From NCBI GenBank assembly GCA_963808235.1, contig CAWEEQ010000001.1, positions 96,001 through 160,000 of the forward strand: a DNA stretch of 64,000 nt. The letters are read 5' to 3'. Positions 21,593 through 31,057 of the stretch are shown piece by piece (within the stretch, counting starts at the first letter, position 1; each line of letters starts with the position of its first letter). The DNA is from an uncultured delta proteobacterium. GTDB lineage: Bacteria > Desulfobacterota > Binatia > Binatales > Binataceae. Below the pieces are notes generated by a model, which did not search any database, was not told the DNA's origin, and worked only from the letters and a program-made list of their open reading frames with translations. A program made the position numbers and the translations under genes.

Positions 21593-21682
21593 ACTCACCG
21601 CTTTCTTCACGAGCGCAGTGATCCTTTGTTCTTCGGCGTGCGTCAACTCTTTCAGCGCGAAGGCGTCGGCCACATGGCGCCT
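21593..21682 (-). pseudogene. C-terminal remnant resembling DUF1801/YdhG proteins
   Basis: GAMWPT(frameshift)AFALKELTHAEEQRITALVKKAVS. Confidence 0.5.
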
Positions 21683-22076
21683 TTGGCCGACCGATCTTGC
21701 CTCCAAACCCGGATGAGCGCCAACGATTTCGACACTTCCTGCGTTTTACCCGTCGTCATCCAGCCATCCGCCAGCGTCGTACTAGAATGAGTTCGCTTTC
21801 AGTTCGGCGCGATTTCCGTCGCCAACCTTGAATTCCGGTGTCGCGAGAATGCGGCTGCGTCGACGAAATTTCCGGCCCACCTTTAGTCGCGAGCTATGGC
21901 GAAGGAGAGGCGTCTATGCGGTCGCCGTCCTTCGTCCTCAAAATATCGAGGATCGCGCGCGGGACGATCATCCGCCGATCATCTACCGCTGCCGGTGCCG
22001 CCAGCCAATCGAAACGGCGTCCCGGTATCACTCGTGCAGAACCTCAGGATGGGGCTTACGTTCCGGCCGCGGCGGC

Positions 22077-23690
22077 TCAGTCCCAATTTTTCAGCATCGG
22101 CCAGATCTGCGACAACGTGCGGCGCCCTTTAAGTTGTGTGCACAGATAGATCGTGAAGTGTTCATTCGCCATCGCGTATGGATTGCCCACTTCGGCCTTC
22201 GCTTCGACCTTCGCGAAACCTTGCTCCAATCGCTCGCGAGGCGCGCCGAGCACAATCACACTTTCGCCGGTGTAGTCTCTCGGGCCCCAATACCAGTAAT
22301 TCACATGCCCGCTGATTGCCTTGGGCAGCCCTAGCGCGGACCCGTAGAAATCAATTGCTCCAGCTTCTCCGTAGTTGCTCCCAATTATCGCCGTTCTCGC
22401 CCTCTGCTCAGGCGGCAAATCGTTATAGACCTTTGCGGCTGCCGCGACCATCTCGGGCCATCCGCACCGATCCGCGAGAAACTGAGGCAAATCACTTGCC
22501 TTGCGATTCTCGAACTTTGGTTCCGAGAACCCCATGAATCGCGTGTACGCTATATACTCGCGAGGAGGAAGTAACGGCAGGACGTTAAGCGCGGTGATTG
22601 CGCCAGTGACCGCAATAACAGCGGTGTAGGCCGGCCGCAGCCATCCGCGTCCGGGTTGTGACGACCACTTTTCGATAGCCACTGCTCCTGCGGCCAACAG
22701 CATCGGATAAGCCGGTGCCAGGTAATAGAATCGCCCCTCGGTGAGCAGCAGTAGCAGCAGCGACAGCAGGTATGCATAGCCGAGCGCGCGGAACGGCCGG
22801 ACGACGTCGCTGAACAGGAATGCGTACCAGCCACACAGCCAGATCGGCGCCGCCAGCGGTTGCATCCCCAGCAGTTGCCACCCGATGAACCCGATGGGAC
22901 CGATCGCTACGTTGCGCCCGCTGCGCTTGATATTCGCCAGCATCTCGAGATGGGGAAAATGATGCTGAATCTGCCATACGAGATTCGGCAGGAATATCGC
23001 AAACGCCGCCAGCCCGCCGAAGATAAACCATCGGTTCGCCATCAGGCGGCGCTCCGGCGTCAGCATCAGGCCGGCCACCAGCGCGAAGCCGAATAAGAGC
23101 ATCGTGTCCTTGTTTTCAAGCCCGACTCCAGCGACCACGCCGAACCATAGCCACAGTCTGACGTCGCCGGTCTGGATCATTCGGATTACGATCATCGCGC
23201 ATCCCATCCACAGCAGCGGCTCGATCGAATTCATCGACAGATAGCTGCCAAAGCTGAGATAGAACGGCGCCAACAGCACGGCGAGCGCGGCTAGAGTCTG
23301 GGCGAATCGTGCGCCGCCGAGTTGTCGCACGATCGCGCCTGTGATGATCACCAGTCCGGCTGCGGCGATTGTCGGGAAAATCCGAATCGCGAGAAGCGAA
23401 TCGCCGAATAGCTCTCGCGCCGCCCATGCCTGCACCGCCGTGAGCGGAGGCATGTCGACGTAGCCCCAGCTCAGATGCTGCCCGCAGGCCATGAAATAAA
23501 GCTCATCGATGAAAAATCCGTAACCGCCGGGGTTGGGCAAGTGAATCAGAAATTCCAAGCTGGCGAGATAGGCAACGATCGCAGGCCCTGAGACGAACCA
23601 GTTCGCGGGCGGTACCGCGTCGCTTGAGACCTGATCGCGTATTGCTGTCGCCACGGTGATCCTGCTATTCCGGCGACTCGCAAGTATCAA
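22077..23690 (-). CDS. GT39/ArnT-like (PMT_2) membrane glycosyltransferase
   Basis: GYGFFIDELY, WGYVDMPPL, many TM helices. Confidence 0.85.
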   Translation of the reverse strand: MILASRRNSRITVATAIRDQVSSDAVPPANWFVSGPAIVAYLASLEFLIHLPNPGGYGFFIDELYFMACGQHLSWGYVDMPPLTAVQAWAARELFGDSLLAIRIFPTIAAAGLVIITGAIVRQLGGARFAQTLAALAVLLAPFYLSFGSYLSMNSIEPLLWMGCAMIVIRMIQTGDVRLWLWFGVVAGVGLENKDTMLLFGFALVAGLMLTPERRLMANRWFIFGGLAAFAIFLPNLVWQIQHHFPHLEMLANIKRSGRNVAIGPIGFIGWQLLGMQPLAAPIWLCGWYAFLFSDVVRPFRALGYAYLLSLLLLLLTEGRFYYLAPAYPMLLAAGAVAIEKWSSQPGRGWLRPAYTAVIAVTGAITALNVLPLLPPREYIAYTRFMGFSEPKFENRKASDLPQFLADRCGWPEMVAAAAKVYNDLPPEQRARTAIIGSNYGEAGAIDFYGSALGLPKAISGHVNYWYWGPRDYTGESVIVLGAPRERLEQGFAKVEAKAEVGNPYAMANEHFTIYLCTQLKGRRTLSQIWPMLKNWD

Positions 23691-23722
23691 CGCCGCAAGT
23701 TCACTGCATGCTTCGGTTTTGA

Positions 23723-24451
23723 CTACGCAAACATATTCTCTCGGCTTTTCGTTGCAATCCCCGAAGCTGCAGTAGGATGCTCGGTGACGGCGGTGCTCAC
23801 GATAGTCCTTCGATCGTGGGCCAGAATGATCATCATGTAGAGCAGACGAAGCGACGCCGACGCCACAACGAACATATCAATCGCAGCGATGCCTTGGGCG
23901 TCATTCCGCAGGAAGCTGCGCCAAGTCGAGGAAGGCGCACCTCGTCTTCGCACCATGTATTTCGCGACACTCGCTTGGCTGACGTCGATGCCGAGCCTGA
24001 GAAGCTCACCGTGGATTCGTGGCGCACCCCACAACGAGTTCGCGCTGCTCATTTGCTTAATCAGATCGCGAATCTCGCGTTCCACTGACGGCCGCCCGGA
24101 TCTCGAACGCCATCGCCAGAACAGGCAGGATCCCTGACGGTGCCACTGGATCACAGTTGCCGGCTTGACCAACACGATCGAGTCGAGACAGCGCGGCCAT
24201 ATTCGATAGAGCCAAATCCAGAGCAGCCGATCGATCGCGAACAGACGGGGTCGACCCGGCCGCTGGCGCCGAAGGACATACAGCTGATGACGGAGGGCGA
24301 GGTTCTCTAATTCCACTGCCGCCCGCTGCACAGTCGGCAGGCTACTAATGAGACGATCCAACGCGCAGTTCATGCATGCCGGCGACACTACGGCGGTGAA
24401 TCGCAAACCTCTAGACTTTTCGGTGCTTTCGGAGTTTTTGGTACGCACAAG
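23723..24451 (-). mobile_element. Truncated integrase-core (rve) IS-like transposase remnant
   Basis: ELENLALRHQL, WGAPRIHGELLRLG, AIDMFVV, VTEHPTA and then loss of the DDE C-terminus. Confidence 0.8.
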
Positions 24452-24561
24452 TGGATAATTCGATCTCGCTGAAACGCCGTTCTAGCCGCTGCCCACTGGG
24501 CGGCTGCGGCTTTGCTCGGTTGACCGGTCGTAAATCAATTTGATGAATTAAAACCGGTTGA

Positions 24562-24594
24562 CTGGTTGACAACCGGTCATATGTATTGTAATAT
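24562..24594 (+). promoter_or_regulatory. sigma70 promoter TTGACA-17-TAATAT with palindromic operator over the -35
   Basis: CTGGTTGACAACCGG at 24562-24576; TAATAT at 24589-24594. Confidence 0.7.
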
Positions 24595-24634
24595 GACAGT
24601 TATCAACAAACTCCGCTCGAGAAGAGGGGCTTAT

Positions 24635-25723
24635 ATGCAATATGCCGCACAATCAGAGTCATCGTTCCATACTGACGCGTCCACACTTGCGCATAGGGAG
24701 TTCTTCGCTTGCGAAGAAGCATTGATCGGAGAAAGCGGCGCGATGCTACGCTTGCGTCGCGAGTTAGAGGAAGCAGCGCGGGTCGACTGCACGGTCTTGA
24801 TCACGGGTGAGACAGGGACCGGCAAGGGAGTTGTGGCTCGAGCGATTCACCGGCTTTCCGACCGACGTAATGGAGAATTCGTCCATATGGATTGTGGACT
24901 GCTCTCGCCTGGTCTCGTCGAAAGCGAAATGTTCGGCCACGAACGTGGTTCATTTACAGGCGCAGTCGGTACTCGACCCGGGCGTTTCGAACTTGCGAGC
25001 AGCGGCTCCATTTTCCTCGATGAGATTGGGGACATGGATCTCGCCCTTCAGCGCAAGCTGTTGCGGGTACTTCAAGACCATCAGTTCGAGCGTGTCGGAG
25101 GAACTCGAACGCTCAAGATGACTGCGCGCGTGATCGCCGCGACTAACTGCGACCTCTCTTTGGCGATACAACAAGGAAGGTTCAGATCAGATCTTTATTT
25201 TCGCCTGAACGTGTTGCAGATCAATGTTCCGCCCTTAAGGGAAAGGCGTTCTGACATTCCGTTACTTTTCACACACTACCTTCGTGCAATCGCCGCACAG
25301 CGTGGAATGGCAGTGCCGACGGTCTCCGAATCGTCGATTTCGCGATTGACTGAATATGAATGGTTCGGAAATGTCCGCGAATTGATCAACGTCGTAGAGC
25401 GGTTGCTTGTACGTTATAGCCTTTGCGAACAGAGCGGGCACGACTTGACGGAGATGCTGGACGGCAGCACGACCTTCGGGCCTAGAGCATGCGCGGCGCG
25501 ACCAGAAAGAATCTCTAAGGCCGACGAGCTCATTGAAGGGCGTGACCTCCGTCCTGCATCCACAGTAGACCAATGGCAGCCGTATCGAGACCAGCTGCTC
25601 GATGTGCTGCGTTCGACTGGAGGCAATGTAGCGCGAGCGTCTCGACGACTGGGAATTCCTCGAAGCACGCTTCGCTATTGGCTCACGCGATACTCATTGG
25701 AGAATGTAATTTCTCGCGACTGA
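24635..25723 (+). CDS. sigma54-dependent enhancer-binding protein (AAA+ plus Fis HTH), no N-terminal sensor domain
   Basis: GETGTGK, GSFTGA, FLDEIG, RSDLYFRLNV, GNVREL, GGNVARASRRLGI. Confidence 0.92.
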   Translation: MQYAAQSESSFHTDASTLAHREFFACEEALIGESGAMLRLRRELEEAARVDCTVLITGETGTGKGVVARAIHRLSDRRNGEFVHMDCGLLSPGLVESEMFGHERGSFTGAVGTRPGRFELASSGSIFLDEIGDMDLALQRKLLRVLQDHQFERVGGTRTLKMTARVIAATNCDLSLAIQQGRFRSDLYFRLNVLQINVPPLRERRSDIPLLFTHYLRAIAAQRGMAVPTVSESSISRLTEYEWFGNVRELINVVERLLVRYSLCEQSGHDLTEMLDGSTTFGPRACAARPERISKADELIEGRDLRPASTVDQWQPYRDQLLDVLRSTGGNVARASRRLGIPRSTLRYWLTRYSLENVISRD

Positions 25724-25824
25724 AACACATGGCAACGCGTCTCGCGAGTGTTTGCGCTCGGGCTTGAGCTGGTCGAAGCGCATGTACAATTACAGAGTCG
25801 GCAGCAGAACTGCGGCCCCGACTC

Positions 25825-26874
25825 CTACGATCCAGTCGTGAGCACGATCTTCCCAGTCACCTGGGAGTCTCCGAGCAGCCGATGGCTGGTGGTGGCTTCC
25901 TCCAGTGGAAGGCATCGATCAATCACCGGCCGTAGCCTTCCGGCTGCACACAGTTCCAGGAGGGTTCGCAAATCTTCGTGATACCAATCGGGGCGGACCT
26001 TGCAGAGATTCTGGGCGCTGTACCCGAAGATTCCTTTGTTCTGGGGCATCAGCTCGAGGGGACTTGGCCGCGGGTTCCTAAGCAACTCGACTAGAGTTTT
26101 AAGCGGCCTTCTCCTTCCCTGGCTTGTAGCGGCTGAGAATCCGTAGCCAACCAGGAGACCCCCTTGTGAAAGCGCCTGAAAGGAGCGGCGCCAATAGGAA
26201 CCGCCCACTGGATCGAAAACGACATCGACCCCCCGACCCGTCTCACGACGAACTATCTCGACGAAATCCTCGTGATGATAATCGATCGGCCGTGCGCCAT
26301 ACTTTCTCACCAGTTCGTGTTTTTGACTGGAGGCCGTTCCCCACACCGTGAGTTTCATCCAAAGCGCCAAGTCCAGTAACGCGGTGCCTACGCCTCCCGC
26401 CGCCCCGTGCACAAGTATGGTCTGCCCTTCTTGCAGATGAGCCACTCGCGACAACATCTGGTAGGCGGTCAAATAGTTCACCACGAGTGCTGCTGCGTCG
26501 ATGTCTCCAACCCGCTCGGGAACCTTCACAGCTCGCCAGGCATCAACTACCAGTGACTCGGTATAACCGCCGAAACCACACAGGACCGCTACCCTATCTC
26601 CAACTCTCAGATCGTTCACTTGTGCGCCGGCAACATCGATGGTTCCAGCGACCTCGACTCCCGGTACAAAGGGAAATCGAGGTATATCGGGGTAGAGACC
26701 TTCCCGCATCAGGAGATCTGCGAAAACGACTCCCACTGCGGATACTCGAACGCGTACCTGTCCGGGCCCGCAGTCGGGTGCGGGAACCCGGCGCATCTGA
26801 AGCACTTCAGGTCCGCCCCGCTTCGAGATAACAACTTGTCGGATTGATGTGCTCAGAGAGGACATTGCAAACAA
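25825..26874 (-). CDS. MDR-family NADPH quinone/enoyl reductase-like oxidoreductase
   Basis: GGPEVL, PFVPGVE, HGAAGGVG, GKIVL. Confidence 0.88.
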   Translation of the reverse strand: MFAMSSLSTSIRQVVISKRGGPEVLQMRRVPAPDCGPGQVRVRVSAVGVVFADLLMREGLYPDIPRFPFVPGVEVAGTIDVAGAQVNDLRVGDRVAVLCGFGGYTESLVVDAWRAVKVPERVGDIDAAALVVNYLTAYQMLSRVAHLQEGQTILVHGAAGGVGTALLDLALWMKLTVWGTASSQKHELVRKYGARPIDYHHEDFVEIVRRETGRGVDVVFDPVGGSYWRRSFQALSQGGLLVGYGFSAATSQGRRRPLKTLVELLRNPRPSPLELMPQNKGIFGYSAQNLCKVRPDWYHEDLRTLLELCAAGRLRPVIDRCLPLEEATTSHRLLGDSQVTGKIVLTTGS

Positions 26875-27059
26875 GATTGGCGATTCACCGAAAGGTTCGC
26901 AAGCGGATTCCGCAACTCCCCGCGGTCCGGCTTAAGTTATGTTGATTGGGTATCGTTTCCACTCGTTTCATTTTATTCAAGCTAGTCATGTGAATCGCGG
27001 ATGAGGCTGTCTCCGCCTCTCCACTCGGACTCTACAAATCATGGTGCCGAGCGCTGCCG

Positions 27060-28445
27060 TCAGGAGGCTTTGCTTAAAGGCTCGTGATGCGCTGCTTCGG
27101 GGCGGGCCAGTTCGTAGCGGCTCAGGAAGTCGGTCGAGAATTCGCCGCGATTGAAATCGGGATCGTGCAGAATCTTCAGATGCAACGGGATGTTGGTTTT
27201 GATGCCGTCGATTACATACTCGCGCAGCGCAGCTTTGGCTCGCGCGATCACTTCAGGTCGCGTCTCGGCATGCACTATCAGCTTGGCGATGAGCGGATCG
27301 TATTGCACCGGCACGCGATAGCCGTCGTATAGCGCCGTCTCGACGCGCACGCCCAGCCCGCCGGGAGCATGATGGTTGGTCACCACACCCGGCGACGGGA
27401 TGTGACGCTCGGGATCCTCCGCGTAGATGCGAAACTCCATCGACGCGCCGTCGAACGTCACGTGCCGTTGCTTCAGTGGGAGCTTCTCGCCCATCGCCAT
27501 CCGGATACTTTCTTTTACCAGGTCAACCCCGGTGACCATCTCGGTCACGCCGTGCTCGACCTGGATGCGCGTGTTCATCTCGATAAAATAGAACTCGCCA
27601 TTGCCGGCGAGCAAAAATTCCACTGTGCCGACGTTCGAATAGCCGACGACCTCGGCCGCGCGCACAGCAGCCCTGCCCATCTTCTCGCGGAGCCGCGGGG
27701 TAAGAATCGGGCACGGCGATTCCTCGACGACCTTCTGATGGCGCCGCTGAATCGAGCAGTCGCGCTCGCCAAGATGAATCGCGTTGCGCTGCAAGTCGGC
27801 GAGAATCTGAAACTCGACGTGACGCGCCCGTTCGAGATATTTCTCCAGGTACATTTTCCTTGAACTGAACGACGCCTCGGATTCGCCTTGCGCCAGCGGA
27901 AACAGACGGGTCAGCTCGTCTCCATTGCGAACGACTCGCATGCCCTTGCCGCCACCGCCGGCGGCCGCCTTGATCAGAACCGGGTAGCCGAGCCGCTTTG
28001 CATCTGCTTGAGCTTCGCGCAACTCAGTTACGCCCGTTCCCTCGCTGCCCGGAAGTACGGGGACGCCCGCGCGCGTCATGATTCGTCGCGCGCGCGGCTT
28101 GTCGCCCATCAGCCTGATATGACGCGCGCGCGGGCCCACGAAATACAGCCCCGACTTCTGACACGCCTCCGCGAAGTCGCCATTTTCCGACAGGAAGCCA
28201 TACCCCGGATGCACGCCGTCGGCGCCGATCATCGTCGCCGCGCTGAGATTCGCTGGGATGTTGAGGTAGCTGTCTTGAGCGGCCGGCGGACCGATACATA
28301 CCGACTCGTCCGCCATCCGCACATGCAGTGCACTTTTATCTGCCGTCGAATAAACGGCGACCGTCGAAATCCCCAGCTCGCGGCACGCGCGAATTATCCG
28401 TATTGCGATTGTCCCGCGGTTTGCGACCAGCAGTTTTTTGAACAT
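27060..28445 (-). CDS. accC: Biotin carboxylase subunit of acetyl-CoA carboxylase
   Basis: LVANRG, HPGYGFLSEN, GGGGKGM, RDCSIQRRHQK, EMNTRIQVEH. Confidence 0.92.
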   Translation of the reverse strand: MFKKLLVANRGTIAIRIIRACRELGISTVAVYSTADKSALHVRMADESVCIGPPAAQDSYLNIPANLSAATMIGADGVHPGYGFLSENGDFAEACQKSGLYFVGPRARHIRLMGDKPRARRIMTRAGVPVLPGSEGTGVTELREAQADAKRLGYPVLIKAAAGGGGKGMRVVRNGDELTRLFPLAQGESEASFSSRKMYLEKYLERARHVEFQILADLQRNAIHLGERDCSIQRRHQKVVEESPCPILTPRLREKMGRAAVRAAEVVGYSNVGTVEFLLAGNGEFYFIEMNTRIQVEHGVTEMVTGVDLVKESIRMAMGEKLPLKQRHVTFDGASMEFRIYAEDPERHIPSPGVVTNHHAPGGLGVRVETALYDGYRVPVQYDPLIAKLIVHAETRPEVIARAKAALREYVIDGIKTNIPLHLKILHDPDFNRGEFSTDFLSRYELARPEAAHHEPLSKAS

Positions 28446-28559
28446 CGGCGAGCGCTCCACCAGGTCAAATCACCTCGATGATCATCGACAATTCGCCGAG
28501 CAGATTCAGGTTGGGTCTGTTGACGGCCTGCAGTTAGACCAACAGTTGTCAGCAATTGA

Positions 28560-29198
28560 CTATGAAGCGATTTCCGCCGCTGGCGAGCTATCTTTGTAGA
28601 GCAGCAGGAAGTGCCCTATCTTCTTGACCCAATCGACCATCTCCAACAACTCGGGATTATCCTCGTCGCTAGGCGGGTAGAGAATTCGCGACAGCGCGAT
28701 CGCTTCGAGCTGGCCGTTTGTCACACGATCCAAAATGCGCAGCCTTTCAGGATCATATGAATCCGGGCCTAACAGCTCCTGCCAGATCCCCATGCTCGCT
28801 TCGGTAAAGCCCTGACTGATCTTCGCCACCGCCTCGCGCAGCGTGGGGTCAGTGCGGCTAGCTACGACCAATTCGATCCATGCGTGGAATGCCGGTCCCT
28901 TATAGACCGACCAGAGCGAATCGACGATATAATCGAGCCGATCGGAGACCCTTCCAAGTCGCTTCCCTATCTGTTGCGATTCAGCGATTCTCTGGTCGAA
29001 GATGTATTCAAGCGCCGCGATAACCAGGGTTTCCTTTTTCGGGAAATGATGCATTTCCGCGCCTCTGGAAACCCCAGCTCGCTCGGCGACCTCGGCTATC
29101 GTTGTGCCTGCATAGCCGCATTCAAACAGCGTGAGGGCGGCTGCTTCGAGAATTCTTCGTCTCGTCTCTGCGCTTCTTTCTTCTTGCAAGTTCGACAT
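28560..29198 (-). CDS. TetR/AcrR regulator
   Basis: AEVAERAGVSRGAEMHHFPKK; start re-set to MSNLQEE. Confidence 0.9.
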   Translation of the reverse strand: MSNLQEERSAETRRRILEAAALTLFECGYAGTTIAEVAERAGVSRGAEMHHFPKKETLVIAALEYIFDQRIAESQQIGKRLGRVSDRLDYIVDSLWSVYKGPAFHAWIELVVASRTDPTLREAVAKISQGFTEASMGIWQELLGPDSYDPERLRILDRVTNGQLEAIALSRILYPPSDEDNPELLEMVDWVKKIGHFLLLYKDSSPAAEIAS

Positions 29199-29218
29199 TT
29201 CAACTCTCTCTGGATCGG

Positions 29219-29251
29219 AGCTTATCAACCGTACTTCCGGTTGTCAACCAG
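29219..29251 (-). promoter_or_regulatory. sigma70 promoter TTGACA-17-TAAGCT for tetR with the same operator
   Basis: CCGGTTGTCAACCAG at 29237-29251 is the exact reverse complement of 24562-24576. Confidence 0.7.
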
Positions 29252-29285
29252 CTAACACGCTTTTTGCCCACATCTTCGTCATCTC

Positions 29286-31052
29286 TCAAACGGCCGAAAG
29301 TCCTTGCATACGGCCCAGATCTTTGCCGATTGAGCGAATAACCCGCAATCCATTCGAGTTGAGTGCTTCCCGGCAGGCACGTCGCATTATTTTGCCGCTT
29401 GAGGTCCTTGGAATCTCGCCGGTTTTCAGCAAAACGATGGACTGCACTCTGAGGTCGTGACGCTCAGATATCGAACCCCGAATGGATGTAAAGAGTCCGG
29501 TCGGGGCTTCCGCGACTCCCCGTTCGTAGCGATGGGGTACCTCGGCCGCGACTACTATATTGCAGTCGGCCTCGTCAGAGAAAACGGCACACCGGCTCGT
29601 TCGCAGCCATCGGTGACTTTCAAGGACGGTTCGTTCGATGTCTTCGGGATAGTGGTTGGCACCTCTTACAATGAGAAGATCCTTAATTCGGCCGGTAATG
29701 AACACTTCCCCCGCACAGACAAAACCGAGATCTCCGGTCCGAAGAAACGGTCCGCCGCTCGAATTGGCGATTTTGGCTCTAAAGGTGGCCTCGGTTTCCT
29801 CGGATTTGTTCCAGTAGCCCTGTGCGACATTTGGGCCGCTGATCCAAATCTCCCCGATTTGGTCTGATTCGCACTCCAGCAGAGTTTCAGGATCGACTAT
29901 CCGCACCTCCGTGCCGAGCCGTGAGAAACCACATCCAACCAGCGCGACCGAGTCTTCTGCGTCGCTGGCTTCGACTCGATGTTCTTTCAGAGCGGCGCGA
30001 GACAACCTCATAACCTCGAACGATTTGTTTCGCCCCGGGCTGGTGACGAACAGCGTGGCTTCAGCCATGCCGTAACACGGAAGAAACGCTTTCGCATTGA
30101 AGCCCGTGTCGGAAAAGCATCGGGCAAATTTGTCCAGGGTCAGTGGATCTATCGGTTCCGAGCCACAGAAGGCGACCTCCCATTGGGATAGATCAAGCTG
30201 AGCGGCGCGCTCGGGTTGATATCTGGTCACGCACAACTCATAAGCGAAATTCGGCCCGCCACTGACGCGGATCCGATACTTGTGAATCAGTTCCAGCCAG
30301 CTCATCGGGTCGCGGACGAAGTGCACCGGTGACATCAATACCGTCGTGGAACCGAGGTAGAGCGGGTGCAGCATTTGTCCGATTAGCCCCATGTCGTGAT
30401 ACAGGGGAAGCCATCCGCCGACGACACAGTCTGGGCCGGCGCCAAAAGCCTCACGAATCTGCGCATGATTCGCCAGCAGGTTCCCGTGACTGACTGTCAC
30501 GCCTTTCGCGATCCCTGTTGAACCAGAGGTGTACTGGAGCAACGCGATGGAATCGCCGTCGAGGGGGGGCGGATACCAGTTTTCGTTTTCGGGTTCCGGC
30601 TCGGAATCATCGGTCATCAGCCAGCGAACGTCCTTGAACGCCGGGCATTGCTCCAGCGCGCCTTCCGCGAGCGAGCTAAGCGATTTGGTGGTTAACGCGA
30701 CTGCGGCGTCGCAGTCGGAAATTATCGTGCGCAATCGAGCAAAGGATCTTTCCAACCGGCGAGGGCTGGGGCACAGCGCCGGAACCGCGATCATCCCGGC
30801 ATACAGACATCCGAAAAAGCCCTCTATGAAATCCAGTCCCGGCGGATACAACAGAATCACCCGATCGCCATGACCGGCGATCCGCCGGAGCCGTGTAGCT
30901 ATAACGCGTGCTCGGTGGTCGAGTTCTCTGTAAGAGAGGTTGGGCACGGAGCCGTGCTCGCCTGCGTAGACCACCGAAAGTGCGTCTCCGCGACGGGCGG
31001 CATGGCGATTCAGCATCTCAACCAGGCTGATGGGTTGACTTTCAAGGCCCAT
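29286..31052 (-). CDS. Fatty acyl-AMP ligase (FAAL) 2
   Basis: LQYTSGSTG, WLPLYHDMGL, PCYGMAEATL, RTGDLGF, RTSSGK. Confidence 0.92.
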   Translation of the reverse strand: MGLESQPISLVEMLNRHAARRGDALSVVYAGEHGSVPNLSYRELDHRARVIATRLRRIAGHGDRVILLYPPGLDFIEGFFGCLYAGMIAVPALCPSPRRLERSFARLRTIISDCDAAVALTTKSLSSLAEGALEQCPAFKDVRWLMTDDSEPEPENENWYPPPLDGDSIALLQYTSGSTGIAKGVTVSHGNLLANHAQIREAFGAGPDCVVGGWLPLYHDMGLIGQMLHPLYLGSTTVLMSPVHFVRDPMSWLELIHKYRIRVSGGPNFAYELCVTRYQPERAAQLDLSQWEVAFCGSEPIDPLTLDKFARCFSDTGFNAKAFLPCYGMAEATLFVTSPGRNKSFEVMRLSRAALKEHRVEASDAEDSVALVGCGFSRLGTEVRIVDPETLLECESDQIGEIWISGPNVAQGYWNKSEETEATFRAKIANSSGGPFLRTGDLGFVCAGEVFITGRIKDLLIVRGANHYPEDIERTVLESHRWLRTSRCAVFSDEADCNIVVAAEVPHRYERGVAEAPTGLFTSIRGSISERHDLRVQSIVLLKTGEIPRTSSGKIMRRACREALNSNGLRVIRSIGKDLGRMQGLSAV

Positions 31053-31057
31053 CGTTT

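Noticed and set aside
26898-27050. sigma54 promoters for the MDR gene (minus strand CGGAATCCGCTTGC and CGGCACCATGATTTGT)
   Set aside because: The first has 9-nt spacing and the second lacks the -12 GC, so neither meets GG-N10-GC.
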